Assembly: GCF_001194135.2 (NCBI RefSeq)
Contig: NC_068992.1
Location: 31,222,349-31,259,606 of the forward strand
Length of the DNA: 37,258 bases
From: Octopus bimaculoides
Taxonomy: Eukaryota
Direction of reading: 5' to 3'
Below the pieces are notes generated by a model, which was given only the letters and a program-made list of their open reading frames with translations, did not search any database and was not told where the DNA came from. Made by a program: the position numbers and the translations under genes. Shown here one piece after another: positions 1 through 12,537 of this stretch. Positions within the stretch are counted from its first letter, which is position 1. Each line of letters opens with the position of its first letter.

Positions 1-35
<35 letters not shown>

Positions 36-63
36 ATATGTTTATATGTATGAATATAAATAT

Positions 64-397
64 ACCGTGGCTTTCATTAAAAGACCGGGCGCTTTAAGTG
101 TTTATCGAACGAAAACATCTACAAGCTCAAAGAGGCTCCGGCAGGTGTTGCTGCCGAACCTGCTGTACACTTTCACCAGAACTTTGTCTCAAGCTATCTT
201 CCTGTTTATGTTATACCTGTATTGCAATGGGCCGGCCTTATCACACTCTCGTTTACGCTGAATCTCGCCGAGAACTACAGTAAGTGTATACGCGTCTGTG
301 TAGTGCTCCGCCACTTGCAGGTTAATTCCACGAGCAGGATGTTCCGTTGATTGGATCAACTGGAGTTGTCGTCGCTGTAAACGAAGGAGTGCCACGA
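64..397 (+). mobile_element. tRNA-derived SINE, 5'-truncated (same family as 20285-20671)
   Basis: Collinear similarity to the 20285-20671 copy from a B-box remnant through GAGGCTCCGG, CCGAGAACTAC, CCACTTGCA.GTTAATT and GATCAACTGG to the shared GCCACGA end; lies between TA microsatellites. Confidence 0.85.
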
Positions 398-739
398 GAT
401 ATATATATATCCACATACTTTTAATTCTTTAGCACACACTTACATACTCACACATACATACGCACATACATGCACACACATACACAGTCATACATACACA
501 CTCATACATGCACACTCACTCATACACACACGCATATATGTAACTTTATGTTTATATTAATATGGTATTATAGTAATCAATTGTATTAGATTCACTCATT
601 AATAATATATTTGCTACATAATGTCATGTTCTCTGGCTTAATGTACATTCATATTTACATATAAATAGGTGTCATTTTATATATTTATTTATGTATATGT
701 AATCATATAATCTTTAAACTATCATTACACACATATGTA

Positions 740-1572
740 CAGTTTGTTCGGGTTAAATCTTCTGATTTTATGTCTCGTTTCTAAACGAATAACTTGAAGA
801 TTTGATGAACAGTCAACAATTCTGCAGATCATAAGGATTAAAGTAGTATTTCAGAAAATGTTAGCTGACATGTAGATGAGGAAGCCATCTGAAAAGTGGT
901 AAAGATGTGACTGCCATGATGATTCGCTGCGGATATCAAAATACCAACAGCTTCACTGAGAGTCAATGCCTTGTAGCCACTTTAAATGCTTGAAAACGTG
1001 ACATTGACAACTACAATGGAGACTATGAATTCATGGCCGGGAGAAAGGTGTTCTGGCTGCGTCTATTCGCTGCATTGCATGTTTTTCCAGGATCCCGAGG
1101 AACAGGGCATTAGGCACAATTTACACAGTTATGTGAAGCCATTGGAGGTTGTGGTGAAATGCTGGCTGGAAAAGATTGCTGCTGAAAGATTATATATATG
1201 ACAGCAAGTTTTGTCTTCGGGAAGATTCAGAATTTGTTGTCGGAGGACAACTACTTTACCGGCCGCAATTTCTGGCCTCCTACGTCTTTCAATTGTATTA
1301 TCATACCGCTCTGCCTGCAAAAACAAAGCCGAGCTGGTGACCAAAATGAAGGAGCTATCCGAAGATCTTACTAGGGACGTACTATTCAGCACATGCTTCA
1401 CAATTTGGAGAAGTCTTTATGCTGTGGTGGAAGCAGAATTTGATATTTTACTGATATTTCTCATCCATAATCTAGTTGATAGTTTGTGATATTTTTAATG
1501 CATTCATTTTTTAAAGGGATATTACGTTCTCCTTCCCATTATGCACATTTCAAATTTAGCCCGAACATGCTG
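740..1572 (+). mobile_element. Internally deleted Tc1/mariner-superfamily DNA transposon (transposase pseudogene with both TIRs)
   Basis: TIRs CAGTTTGTTCGGGTTAAAT (740-758) and the reverse complement of 1554-1572 (CAGCATGTTCGGGCTAAAT) match 16/19. TA at 738-739 on the left, CA on the right. Broken frames give YVKPLEVVVKCWLEKIAAERLYI*QQ, LSEDNYFTGRNFWPPTS (WPPxSPDxNP-like) and RSACKNKAELVTKMKE...AVVEAE, with stops and frameshifts. Confidence 0.85.
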
Positions 1573-1759
1573 CACATATATCCATATATGAATTCATGTA
1601 ATATTAAGTCTGATGCTCTCTAATAATGATAGGCTATAGATAGTTTACTAGTTGAGAATTTACTTGTATAATAGAATGAAGATATAAACAAGCATGTAAC
1701 AATTACCATATAAAATTATGGCATTTATCATTTTGAAAATGTTGGTTAGGTTGCTACTA

Positions 1760-3090
1760 GAATGTATATATATATTCTAACAAAAAGGGGATTCAGCAGT
1801 TGTGCTCACTCTTACGGTTGTTTCAAGCATAAAAGCACCGACGGTATATCTCCATGTAAACGAATAGAAGATATTCATATAATAGTGATCTATCCCATCA
1901 TTGCTGAGCCATGTTGGTAGATCCTTGGTAGAGAGGTTCTGTAGCAATAAATTCCATCGAGGGAAAGAGAATGTGGTAGAAAATGTAGGCATTTTACGAG
2001 AGTGGGGCATAGAGGAAACGACAAGTGGCAAAGAAAACATGCTGACATGGAAATAGATAAAAAGTAACATGCATGTCGAGCGATTGATATACAGACTTCT
2101 AGAATTAGAGTAAGATATATGGTTACAGTAGGAGCTAGGTAACTGCTAAGGTGTAAAGAAGACTGGGTGTAGAATGGCGACAGTCCCATGGGCAAGTATA
2201 TTAAAATTATCAGTCAACCAGACAGCACCGGAAGTGTAGAAGTGACGGTAACATACCAAATTAAGAATACCCACTGGCATAAGTTTGATATCGTGGTAAG
2301 TGCCATGATTTTAGGAGAGACGTGGTTATGCTAAATATAGGGGGAAATGTTAAACGATTGAGAAGTAAAACAAATTAATGTCAGAAACAAGTTAATGAAA
2401 AATAGTATTTTGACTCAGATAGTAATTTTATCAATAAGGAAATACTATTCGAATTGGAAGTTCAGTAAAGAGTATTTGGGTATATGAGCTGCTAAGTCGT
2501 GAAATTGTGCGGATCCTAAGGCTGTGCATTTGTACATAATATCTAAAATTGCTATGAAATATATTAAGTATTCGCTAGATGTGTATTTGTTTAAATGATT
2601 TAAAATGTTACTAATGATTAAAAGGTATGCTCAAATTGCAAATTATGCAGCATGGATTCATGTCGAGTTCAAATAAGTAGTATATTTCGGATAGGGGAAG
2701 TGAAAACAGATATAGGATACGTATACAGAAGGTTAAGTAGAAGATGAGGAATATAGAGGTGTGTTAAGTGTATATAAAACCAAATAAATTACCTACATGT
2801 ATGTAGTACATCTATCACATTGTGGTAAGTATCATATAGAGAGATTTGTGATAAAATCAGAATATTTTTAAGATTCTTTGGACATACGCTTTGAATTTCT
2901 CTTTCTGCATATTTAATGATAGCAGCGGATTATGTAATAAGATTTTTATTGATTATTTTAGGTATAAACAACACGAAGCATTTTCACCATGGTATGAAAG
3001 ACCTGTATCGAAGATAGACCAAGTAATATCATATGATATATTGTTTTTCTCAAGTTTATGCTTGGGGTTAGCTAGCGACGTAGATAGTTT
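1760..3090 (-). mobile_element. Decayed Penelope-like element: endonuclease C-terminal remnant plus long 3' non-coding region
   Basis: Minus strand about 3090-2860 reads KLSTSLANPKHKLEKNNISYDITWSIFDTGLSYHGENASCCLYLK*SIKILLHNPLLSLN then, after a shift, REIQSVCPKNLK. This resembles the PLE GIY-YIG C-terminal pattern (STxLSxYIWxLK..WSI..CxLCxxE..LNxRxE..CxH). The 3' end carries GC-TTTTAT-GC-TT-GAAAC-AACC-GTA (1808-1848) and stops at a TA run. Membership of the intervening DNA is inferred. Confidence 0.55.
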
Positions 3091-3320
3091 TGTCTGCCAG
3101 CACAGTAGTTTAAGTATCAATGTTGAAAATTGACGGTTACATCAATTTATATCCAGATTGCATATTTTTTTTCTTTAATGACTGTACACTTACATGCAAC
3201 ATTACATCTTCAGGAATTGATATTGCAAGAACAAGTACCTCTCCTTTGCATTATGTGTGTTACTAGTGCTATTAGCGTTATTGGTACCATTAGTGTTATT
3301 AGTAGATATATTGTAAGTAC

Positions 3321-3321
<1 letters not shown>

Positions 3322-3362
<41 letters not shown>
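3322..3362. repeat. (TA)n microsatellite
   Basis: Direct reading. Confidence 0.98.
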
Positions 3363-3364
<2 letters not shown>

Positions 3365-3673
3365 TATGAATGAATTGCAGGGTAATTCACTAGTATATCA
3401 ATTTGGTTGAAACTAATACATCAGATGTTCAATGGAATAATATATTAAAAAAAAATTAAGATAAAAACTCACCCATTAAAATGAATGAAAGCTAGAATTA
3501 ATAAAGATAAAAATGTAGTTCAGATTTTAGCAAAGGATAGCACCTTTTAGAGGAAGTAGTATTTTTATTATGTCAGTAGCTGTGCTATTCAGATATCCTA
3601 AGTTATCGACACGAAAAGGTGGAAGAGTAATTTCGATCTCAGACGAATTTGAACTCAGAAGGTATAACAAAAA

Positions 3674-3818
<145 letters not shown>

Positions 3819-4049
3819 AATATTGAAATAAGATATTTTTGATTTATATGCTACACATTGAAAGAAAGATGTTCCTTTCGGCAATATTAATTTGTATGAC
3901 ACCTGAATTTCTGGTCTTGCGTAATTAATTGTCCATTGATAAATATGTACAACGTATTACTTATAAATAATTCTTAAATTCTTTTAGTCAAACATAACTA
4001 CATCATTTCTGCTAAATTTCTTCATCAACACCATCCTTCGACCTGGCTG

Positions 4050-4270
4050 AATAACCAATCTCAACCAGTCGGGATTCATGTTACAGTTTGGGTGATATCG
4101 TGTGTCGCCCCTTCACGCATGTACGTTACTGCTTCAAAAGCCTACCTATTTACAGCTGTGTGAATGGACCAATGTGAAGTGATATATTTGCAGAAGAACA
4201 TAACACGATCTGGGGATCGAAACCATGATCTCAGTATCATAAATGAACCACCTTAATAACTCAGCGTCAC
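4050..4270 (-). mobile_element. Degenerate tRNA-derived SINE with CORE-like central block
   Basis: Reverse complement shows a decayed A-box (GCTGAGTTATTAAGG), a B-box (GGTTTCGATCCCC), then GTTATGTTCTT..CACTTCACATTGGTCCATTCACACAGCTGTAAAT, matching the central block of the 11995-12326 and 16568-16852 SINEs. Confidence 0.65.
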
Positions 4271-5434
4271 TCATTCACTTCCACCTATCAGAGTCATCGA
4301 GAGAGATCTAAACAATTTGTTATATGTGTAGATCCTGGAATGTATCGGAAATGCAAATGACTTTCAATGTATTGATTCTGTTTACTACTTAGTCGAGGTT
4401 CTATTAAATTACTTTCGATCTATGATTCATCAAAATGCTGATTTAAACCAATTTCATGAAAGTGTTTTATTATCTCCATCGAAATGCTGTTTTAAACACG
4501 TCTGCAATATTATCAAGTGGTTGGAATGCATCAGCTACGATGCAGCAAAATTGTAGTTTTACGAATTCTGAATACCAACTTTACTGCACCTAATATCAAC
4601 TTGCAGTAAATAAAGGAAGTGATAAAAATATTTAACTGTGAAAACGATAAAAGATAACTTGATGCATTACATATTAAAAAAAAATAATTATTATAAATTT
4701 TCCGGTCACCACTTATAGTTATATTTTAATTCCGTTGGCTTCTTAATATATGTATATTCTCATCTCACTATCAAGTATGGCTTCCTGTTAGAGCCTACGA
4801 TTGTCTTATGTGAAAAACATTACAATAGATACTTGTAAATTCGATTATGGTATTTTTAGAATCAACTAGACCCTAATATTTAATGCTACAAATATTTTGT
4901 GCCCGTGACGGAGATGCCATAATGAACGGCCAGTAAGAATTCTCAACGCTCTTAAGTTACAATTCTGGAGAAACATTTGAATTAAAGATACATGTTACTC
5001 GCATTATTCAAACTGCGACTTTATGATCTAAAAATTCAATTTATACGACTAAAGAAAGATACTGTAGATCTCAGGGAATCTCAGGGATCTAAGAAAACAC
5101 AAGTAAAGTATGTAACTATATTAACAAAAACTTGTCGTTTCAACTCTTTTTAGGGAGAGTGTATTTGAAGTCGAAGATAAAATGCCTCGCAGAATCCATG
5201 TAATTACATCTTAGGAGGTCAGCATTACTGGAAATTAACAGTCGAGATTATTGTTAGCAATTAAACAATTAAGCAAGATTTCCCAAAGCGATTTCTTTGG
5301 TGATATGTCAATTACCATAACGTGTTTAGAATTTCTAAAATATATTTATGCGTATAGAAATCCAGACTTATATCTACACGCACATATACGCACGTGTACA
5401 CATACATATTTTCACTCAATATATAATTATATAC

Positions 5435-5487
<53 letters not shown>

Positions 5488-5541
5488 TATGTATATATGC
5501 ACCCATATACACACACACTCATATATATATATATATATATA

Positions 5542-5880
5542 CGAGTGAGTCGAAAAACGAAAGAAGGGAATTAGGGATATTATTGGGCGTTACATGTATG
5601 GATCAAAATAGTTTCATTGAAATAATTTTGAACTCCGAGTTTCAAGCGCGATGCTAGTCTTCCGCTACTTTCAATTTCAATGAAAGAAGTCGATCGTTAG
5701 TACTGTAAAGTGGACTGTGAGCGGTCGACGAAGGTCATGCAGTATCGTGGTTTGATAATGGTATATAGGTATAATAGCAACAAGAATTACTTGGAAAATA
5801 CTGCATGGCGAGCAGGAAATCATCCGCGTTGTGGACAGGAAATCGACCGCGTGGGGGATAGAAAATCGTTCGGGTTGTTG
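5542..5880 (-). mobile_element. PLE pseudo-LTR-like module, copy 1 (long tail, degenerate hammerhead-like core)
   Basis: Collinear with 13444-13736 from CAACAACCCGA to CACTCACTCG. Core reads CGGAAGA-CT-AGC-ATCGC-GCT-T-GAAACT-CGG-AGTT, enclosed by the 11-bp stem TTCATTGAAAT/ATTTCAATGAA. Ends in (TA)n. Confidence 0.7.
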
Positions 5881-5959
5881 GATCGCAGTCAATTTCTTGT
5901 CCACCACGCTTTCTATTTCCTGTTCACCATGTGATATTGTCCAACTATCTGTTATCGCT

Positions 5960-6140
5960 GATATACAGATATACTAATATCAAGCCAATACACTGCACGA
6001 ACTTCTGCGATGAATCGAAACCTACATTACGGTAATATCAATCACCGTCTGTAATTCAAATTAAAAATGGCTCAATAGTAGCACCACGCTTGAAAGTCGG
6101 TGTACCACCGAATTTGAAGTAAGCTTTTGATCCATCCATA
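5960..6140 (+). mobile_element. PLE pseudo-LTR-like module, copy 2 (short tail, inverted relative to copy 1)
   Basis: AAAATGG-CTCAATA-GT-AGC-ACCAC-GCT-T-GAAA-GTCGGT-GTA-CCACCGAATTTGAAG...TTTTGATCCAT aligns to copies 1, 3 and 4; followed by CA-rich repeat. Confidence 0.7.
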
Positions 6141-6563
6141 CACACATTACACACACATATATGTATATAGGATGTATGTATATGTATGTGTGTATGTGCG
6201 TATTAAGCAAACAGAATTAATTAGGCAATTACCATTAAGGAATCTATATATCTATTTCTCTATATTTACATAGCAAGAAGAATAATAGAGAATGGAACTA
6301 CGGATTATTTTCCAACATTCATACCGGCATTAGTTTGTTCAGTGCAGTTCTGTTGCATGCTCTCCGAGAAGGAGCGATTCAAAATCGAGTGACATTAATG
6401 CAGTTGTCCTTTATCGTTGCATTCCTCGTCTTAATTGGCGTGGTCTTGGTTCAGTCTGTGTTGCTAAAATAGTGCCGACGGCGCAAATTCTTATCTGTTT
6501 CTACTCTTTGAACGCCTTGTGTTGAAATACTATTCTGGCTGAATTGTGCTAGAAAGCCTATTT

Positions 6564-6627
6564 CTGGAATACCTGAGTAATACTTGAGTAATCATCTGGA
6601 ATACTTGAGTAATATTTGAGTAATCAT
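6564..6627. repeat. 32-bp tandem duplication built from AATAC(T/C)TGAGT subunits
   Basis: CTGGAATACCTGAGTAATACTTGAGTAATCAT followed by CTGGAATACTTGAGTAATATTTGAGTAATCAT (30/32). Confidence 0.9.
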
Positions 6628-7802
6628 CAGTCTTTCGAGCGGTCAGTTTCTTGCTTTATTTTGTTTTGCTCCAGTCCTATTACATTTTGCTGAAAACGCT
6701 CATGCATATATTTTGCCTGTGGGTAAAACACTACAACAATGCTTATGCGTATTCAAGCATAAACTACAACGTTAGCTTTCCACGCAGAAATATTGAAAAT
6801 TATAAGGTTTTCAATGCGATGTTTAGAATTAGGCTTGTGAAATGTGATATAGTGATAGTTTTTTAACTTTTACGATTTCTTTGAAAAACACGCATAAACA
6901 CGCACACATGTATATATAAACATAAATACCTCTACACATGTACACATNNNNNNNNNNNNNNNNNNNNNNNNNNNNNNNNNNNNNNNNNNNNNNNNNNNNN
7001 NNNNNNNNNNNNNNNNNNNNNNNNNNNNNNNNNNNNNNNNNNNNNNNNNNNNNNNNNNNNNNNNNNNNNNNNNNNNNNNNNNNNNNNNNNNNNNNNNNNN
7101 NNNNNNNNNNNNNNNNNNNNNNNNNNNNNNNNNNNNNNNNNNNNNNNNNNNNNNNNNNNNNNNNNNNNNNNNNNNNNNNNNNNNNNNNNNNNNNNNNNNN
7201 NNNNNNNNNNNNNNNNNNNNNNNNNNNNNNNNNNNNNNNNNNNNNNNNNNNNNNNNNNNNNNNNNNNNNNNNNNNNNNNNNNNNNNNNNNNNNNNNNNNN
7301 NNNNNNNNNNNNNNNNNNNNNNNNNNNNNNNNNNNNNNNNNNNNNNNNNNNNNNNNNNNNNNNNNNNNNNNNNNNNNNNNNNNNNNNNNNNNNNNNNNNN
7401 NNNNNNNNNNNNNNNNNNNNNNNNNNNNNNNNNNNNNNNNNNNNNNNNNNNNNNNNNNNNNNNNNNNNNNNNNNNNNNNNNNNNNNNNNNNNNNNNNNNN
7501 NNNNNNNNNNNNNNNNNNNNNNNNNNNNNNNNNNNNNNNNNNNNNNNNNNNNNNNNNNNNNNNNNNNNNNNNNNNNNNNNNNNNNNNNNNNNNNNNNNNN
7601 NNNNNNNNNNNNNNNNNNNNNNNNNNNNNNNNNNNNNNNACGCGTCTATGATTAACTTCGAATGGTTAGATTTCATTTGTTTTTTCTTCTTGTTTTTGTC
7701 TTTGTGAGTTACAAGTAATGCTATCTGTTGGAGTCTCAGCTTTTTTAGCTGCTATTTCTGAACTTCGGTATGTGGTGAAGCAAATGTTTGCTGATCCCTT
7801 AA

Positions 7803-7900
7803 TTATGTTTATATATATATATACATATATATATATATGTATGTATGTATGTATATATAAACATGTATATATAAACATAAATACCTCTACACATGTACAC

Positions 7901-7934
<34 letters not shown>

Positions 7935-7998
7935 GTATGTATGTATGTATATATAAACATGTATATATAAACATAAATACCTCTACACATGTACACAT
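7803..7998. repeat. About 96-bp minisatellite (2 units) containing a 42-bp core also found at 6906-6947
   Basis: ACATGTATATATAAACATAAATACCTCTACACATGTACACAT is identical at 6906-6947, 7861-7902 and 7957-7998. Confidence 0.9.
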
Positions 7999-8602
7999 CA
8001 ATACGTACAAAACTTACATAGAGACAAGCCCATGCACAAATACACATACACACACACGTACAAGCACACACAAACATATATACATACTGTATTTTAAATG
8101 TTAATATGAGCTTTGCTTTTCGACATGGCATTTCCTATTATAGGGGACATGTAGATCAGTAGTGACATTTGTGGACGCTATAAATTAAAGTTTGAACTGA
8201 ATGCTCAGGTGAATTTTAGCTGCAATAATTAACTGTGCATTCATCCATGTAAAGTGATTTTCTTACGAATGTAAAAATATTATCTATGCATATACTTGAA
8301 ATAACATTTCAATAGTATTATCTATAGTCTCAATTATTACTAGATATTTAGCACATAATATATCAGTTGTGTAAATGCGTGTGACTATGTACATATGCAT
8401 ATGCACTAAAAGCAAACTGACCGCATTCTTTATATATACGAATTGTAATATTCATGTATTTCTTCCTGGTCATATGCAGTTGCTAACTAATCAAGGAAGA
8501 CGAACACAGGCACTCATAGCTTACAAAAGACTACATTATGAGCACATATGCCTATACGAAGTTCATTCAATGACATCTAATTTGGGGATAAGTGTGTTTG
8601 TG

Positions 8603-8645
<43 letters not shown>

Positions 8646-9979
8646 CTGTTTGTGTATGTGCGTGCGTACCTGCGCGAACATGTGTGCGTAGCATCACTCT
8701 GCCTGAAATTGCACCCATATTATTTTCCAAGAAAATTCTAAACAATATCACCTAACAACTATATGTCAAATTCTTCGAATGGTGTATGCATTATATCTGG
8801 CGAATTCTTGATATTTGGTCAAACCACTTCGCATGTGATGACATAACCATAAATTTTCCCAATAAGTCTTCTCGTTAGCAACAAATAATTTGCCCATAAA
8901 GCAGGTAAACTCGATCTATCCGTCGTTCCATAGGCTGTGCGCTTATCCTTGCTTGCCAGTCCAGGGAACTAAATATTATTGAAGAATAAAGATGATACAA
9001 GCTGATACACATAGTTGTCGGCAATGAAGTGTGACAGCGGAGAAAATTATTCTGCCTCGTGAACAATTGGGACTAATTCAGTTTTGAAATCCTGATTATC
9101 AGCCAAATATACGCTAACACTAGATAACTACTCCAGTGTATATCGAAATCGTATATCGAAAAATGTAAATATATATACCATATAATGAAATGAATGCTTT
9201 CTATTCTTCCATTTCAGCTCTGTCGGATGTGGATATGTATGTATGTATGCATGTTTCTATGGATGTATATGTGTGTTTGGGTGTATTATATTGTCATACA
9301 CAAATCCATATATACATATACTCCTCTTTTTCTTATTTTTCATCTGCTTCTCGCTTCCACAAACATTTTTTTTTGTTTCCCATCCTATCTCTCACTATGT
9401 ATTTATGCATATATTTCTATACAACTTAAAACAATTCCCGTTCTAATCTCTCATCCCTGTGATTGTTTTGCACTCGAGGACACCAAGTAGTTATACAGTT
9501 GTCATGCATATCCCAATTTCCCTAGAGTTGAACGACACATCAAAATTAAGTGTAATGAGTGCGTCTCTTAATTGAGAGTATATAATGTTTTCATGACAGA
9601 GATACTTTAACAGAGATGATATGCTCTCTTTTGTGAATGATATTACACCATTACTTTGGTTTTCTTTGAAGGTTCCGCTTCACATTTAAGTTACCTGCAT
9701 TCCAAGATGAAACCGTTTTCCTAAAATATATTGAGCATTAAAAGTAGTGCACTTCTATAATGTGAAGGAGTAGTACGCTTGTATATAATAAAGAAATCTT
9801 TCATTTGCTACCTTGTAATAGCTCCTACCAGGTAATCTTCCTACAACCGCATTAAAACTTCTCATGATTTTCACATGATCATGTACAAAAATGGCCTGAA
9901 GAAATACAAGTTTCACCCGCCAGCAAACATGAACAGTGAGGGCCAATTTAACACTCGTATATATGATAAAATTAATACA

Positions 9980-10187
9980 TGCACACACACACACACACAG
10001 ACACAAACATGCACAAATACACACATTCACTCAGACATACACATATACACACAAACACACACGCACACACACACAAGCACACACACGCGCACATGCATAC
10101 ACACATACAAGCACACAAACAGAAACATTTATACACAAAAACAGATGTATCAACCTATCACTATATTTCTCTCTCTCTCTCTCTCTC

Positions 10188-10284
<97 letters not shown>

Positions 10285-10300
10285 ATGTATGTATGTATTG
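9980..10300. repeat. Compound microsatellite (CA)n/(CT)n/(TA)n/(TG)n/(TATG)n
   Basis: Direct reading. Confidence 0.95.
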
Positions 10301-11724
10301 ACAGAAGTACACCACGCATGACTTTCTATCTTAAAACTTGCAGATTCTTTGCAATATCAATTTGTTTTTCACATCCATAGTTTCGTTATATTCAGGTAAT
10401 GAGGTAAGCCTAAAATATATCAATAAACACCTTATCTCACAACAAATAACGTACAGATAATTGGCGCATAACTGTATAGAACCAATTGTTACATAACATG
10501 AAACAATCCCAAAGATAAAATTTGTTGTCTCCTCTACATGACAGGATAAGTTGGAGTCAGTAGAAGAAATATAATCAATACATTCTCACATTAATGTAAA
10601 ATGAATGCACTATAAACGTCATCAAAATATAACGAAGTATAACGAAGTAAAGAAATTAGAATATAATACAGTTTATCAATATCAAAGTGTCTATCGCCTA
10701 AATATATTTTCGCACTGGAAAATATAAATGATTTTGGCGCCGATGTTTAGATGCTTCTAGAAAATGTATAATTAGTTTACCAGGTCAGTAATATTAGGAA
10801 TTAATAATTGTGAATGAAGAAACAGATAGATTTCAGCGGCATGTTCCCATTCCTGCTGATAACAATTATACAAATGGTAGTACGCAGGGAATCACCGAAT
10901 ATATGGTTGCAGATGTGTAATTATATGCATAAATGCATATGTATTTTAATATATACATGTGCGTGTGTGTATGTTACGAGTGTTTGGTGTGTTTGTGGTT
11001 GTGTGAGTGTTATATTTAATACACATATGTATCGAAAGTATTCAAATATTAACAGATAAGACGAAATACCAAATATAACCCTGCTAAAGGATAAGTTTTG
11101 TTTGCTCTTCAGTACTTTCAAGTCTTAGCAGTGATTGGTTGTTTCATCACGGGACATATATGTGCAAGAACGATGCATCTGGATTTATATATTGGAATAT
11201 TTCTGTACAATAAAGGTAATCACTTATTTACTGTCGTAGCAAAATGCACAAATTTCCCTGTGAAATGAAGGCAGATGTTCATAGTTACTAGGCTCGAAGT
11301 ACAGCTGGAAGATTTTCGGAGAATGTGGAGACATGTTCTCTTTGATTAACTAGTGACAGGGGATTAAAAAGCGATCACTTGTTTAAGATCTGAAAGTGAA
11401 GGCGTACTGCATAGCATGGCAACTATAGACTCCTGCAAAACTCAAGATGATCAAGAGTCAGCAATGAAATGGCCGAGAAACTTTCAGAAACCTGGAAGTA
11501 TCACAAACCGCGAGAAGTACATCGAGATGTTCATAAATCGAATTGAAGCTATTAAGAGGGTGAGACTGAAGAAATCAAACTGGAATCAGCTTCCACAGTT
11601 TCAGTCAATTGAAGGCTGCGGTCGAAGACAAAGGGAAAGTGAATACAAAGTAGGGTGTAGAACAGAACATATATGCATGTCATTAAACAGTATTACAGAG
11701 ACGTGTTGAATAATTGCCCAAAGT

Positions 11725-11771
11725 GAAAGTTTGTGATGGAAACTTTGTGATGGAAAGTTTGTGATGGAAAC
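11725..11771. repeat. 14-bp tandem repeat GAAA(G/C)TTTGTGATG, about 3.4 copies
   Basis: Units start at 11725, 11739 and 11753, with a partial unit at 11767. Confidence 0.9.
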
Positions 11772-11994
11772 TGATAACAGTTGAAATACATGTTATATAT
11801 TTTTCAACACAATTTCTATAAAACACCATTGCATTAATGTGCTTATATATGTGAGTTAGGCATAGTATGTATATACATATGTATACATACATACATGCAT
11901 ACATACATACATACATACATTCATACATACATAAATACATACATAAATACATGCATACATAAATACATGCATACATAAATACATACATACATAC

Positions 11995-12326
11995 AAGGGT
12001 AAAGACCCTCTTCGGTAATGAATGTCCTACAGATTGCACTTAGAAAGTTACCCTCCAAGGTACAAGTCCGGATTATTGATTATGAAAGACTAGCAGTCGC
12101 TTATGCTTACCAGCGTTTCCTCTCTACGACATTGATGTTATCGAAGGGAAAAGCAAAGGCTGATAGAGCTTGCAACCAGTGACGCCACAAATCATTTCTA
12201 TAGCTGAGTGAACTGGAGCAACGGGAAATTGTGTCCTACTCAAGAACACAACATACAGCTCGGTCCGCGAATCGAACTCACTAGCCTGTGATTGTGAACT
12301 CGTAGCTCTAACCACTGTGTCATATG
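11995..12326 (-). mobile_element. tRNA-derived SINE, near full length, CORE-like centre
   Basis: Minus strand: A-box-like ATGACACAGTGGTTAG (12308-12323), B-box GAGTTCGATTCGC (12267-12279), central GTTGTGTTCTTGAGTAGGACAC..TTGCTCCAGTTCACTCAGCT, tail ending CCGAAGAGGGTCTTTACCCTT, then a (TATG)n tail. Confidence 0.85.
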
Positions 12327-12368
12327 AGTGTGTGTATGTGTATGCGTGTGATACATGTGTGCGCGCAT

Positions 12369-12405
<37 letters not shown>

Positions 12406-12480
12406 NNNNNNNNNNNNNNNNNNNNNNNNNNNNNNNNNNNNNNNNNNNNNNNNNNNNNNNNNNNNNNNNATATGTATGTA

Positions 12481-12511
<31 letters not shown>

Positions 12512-12537
12512 TCATGTGTATGTGTGCGTGTGTGTGA

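Noticed and set aside
6398-6472. 24-aa hydrophobic ORF MQLSFIVAFLVLIGVVLVQSVLLK, signal-peptide-like
   Set aside because: Stops immediately with no convincing splice donor; T-rich DNA readily yields hydrophobic peptides.
6870-7676. Long ORFs of 268 and 237 aa
   Set aside because: Almost entirely N-gap; the same applies to ORFs spanning the other four gaps.
7700-7768. Possible exon LQVMLSVGVSAFLAAISELR ending at a GTATGT donor
   Set aside because: Ambiguous acceptor, no recognisable homology, no partner exons.
11416-11709. 97-aa ORF in non-microsatellite DNA
   Set aside because: No recognisable domain or splice context; possibly a decayed retroelement but not supportable.
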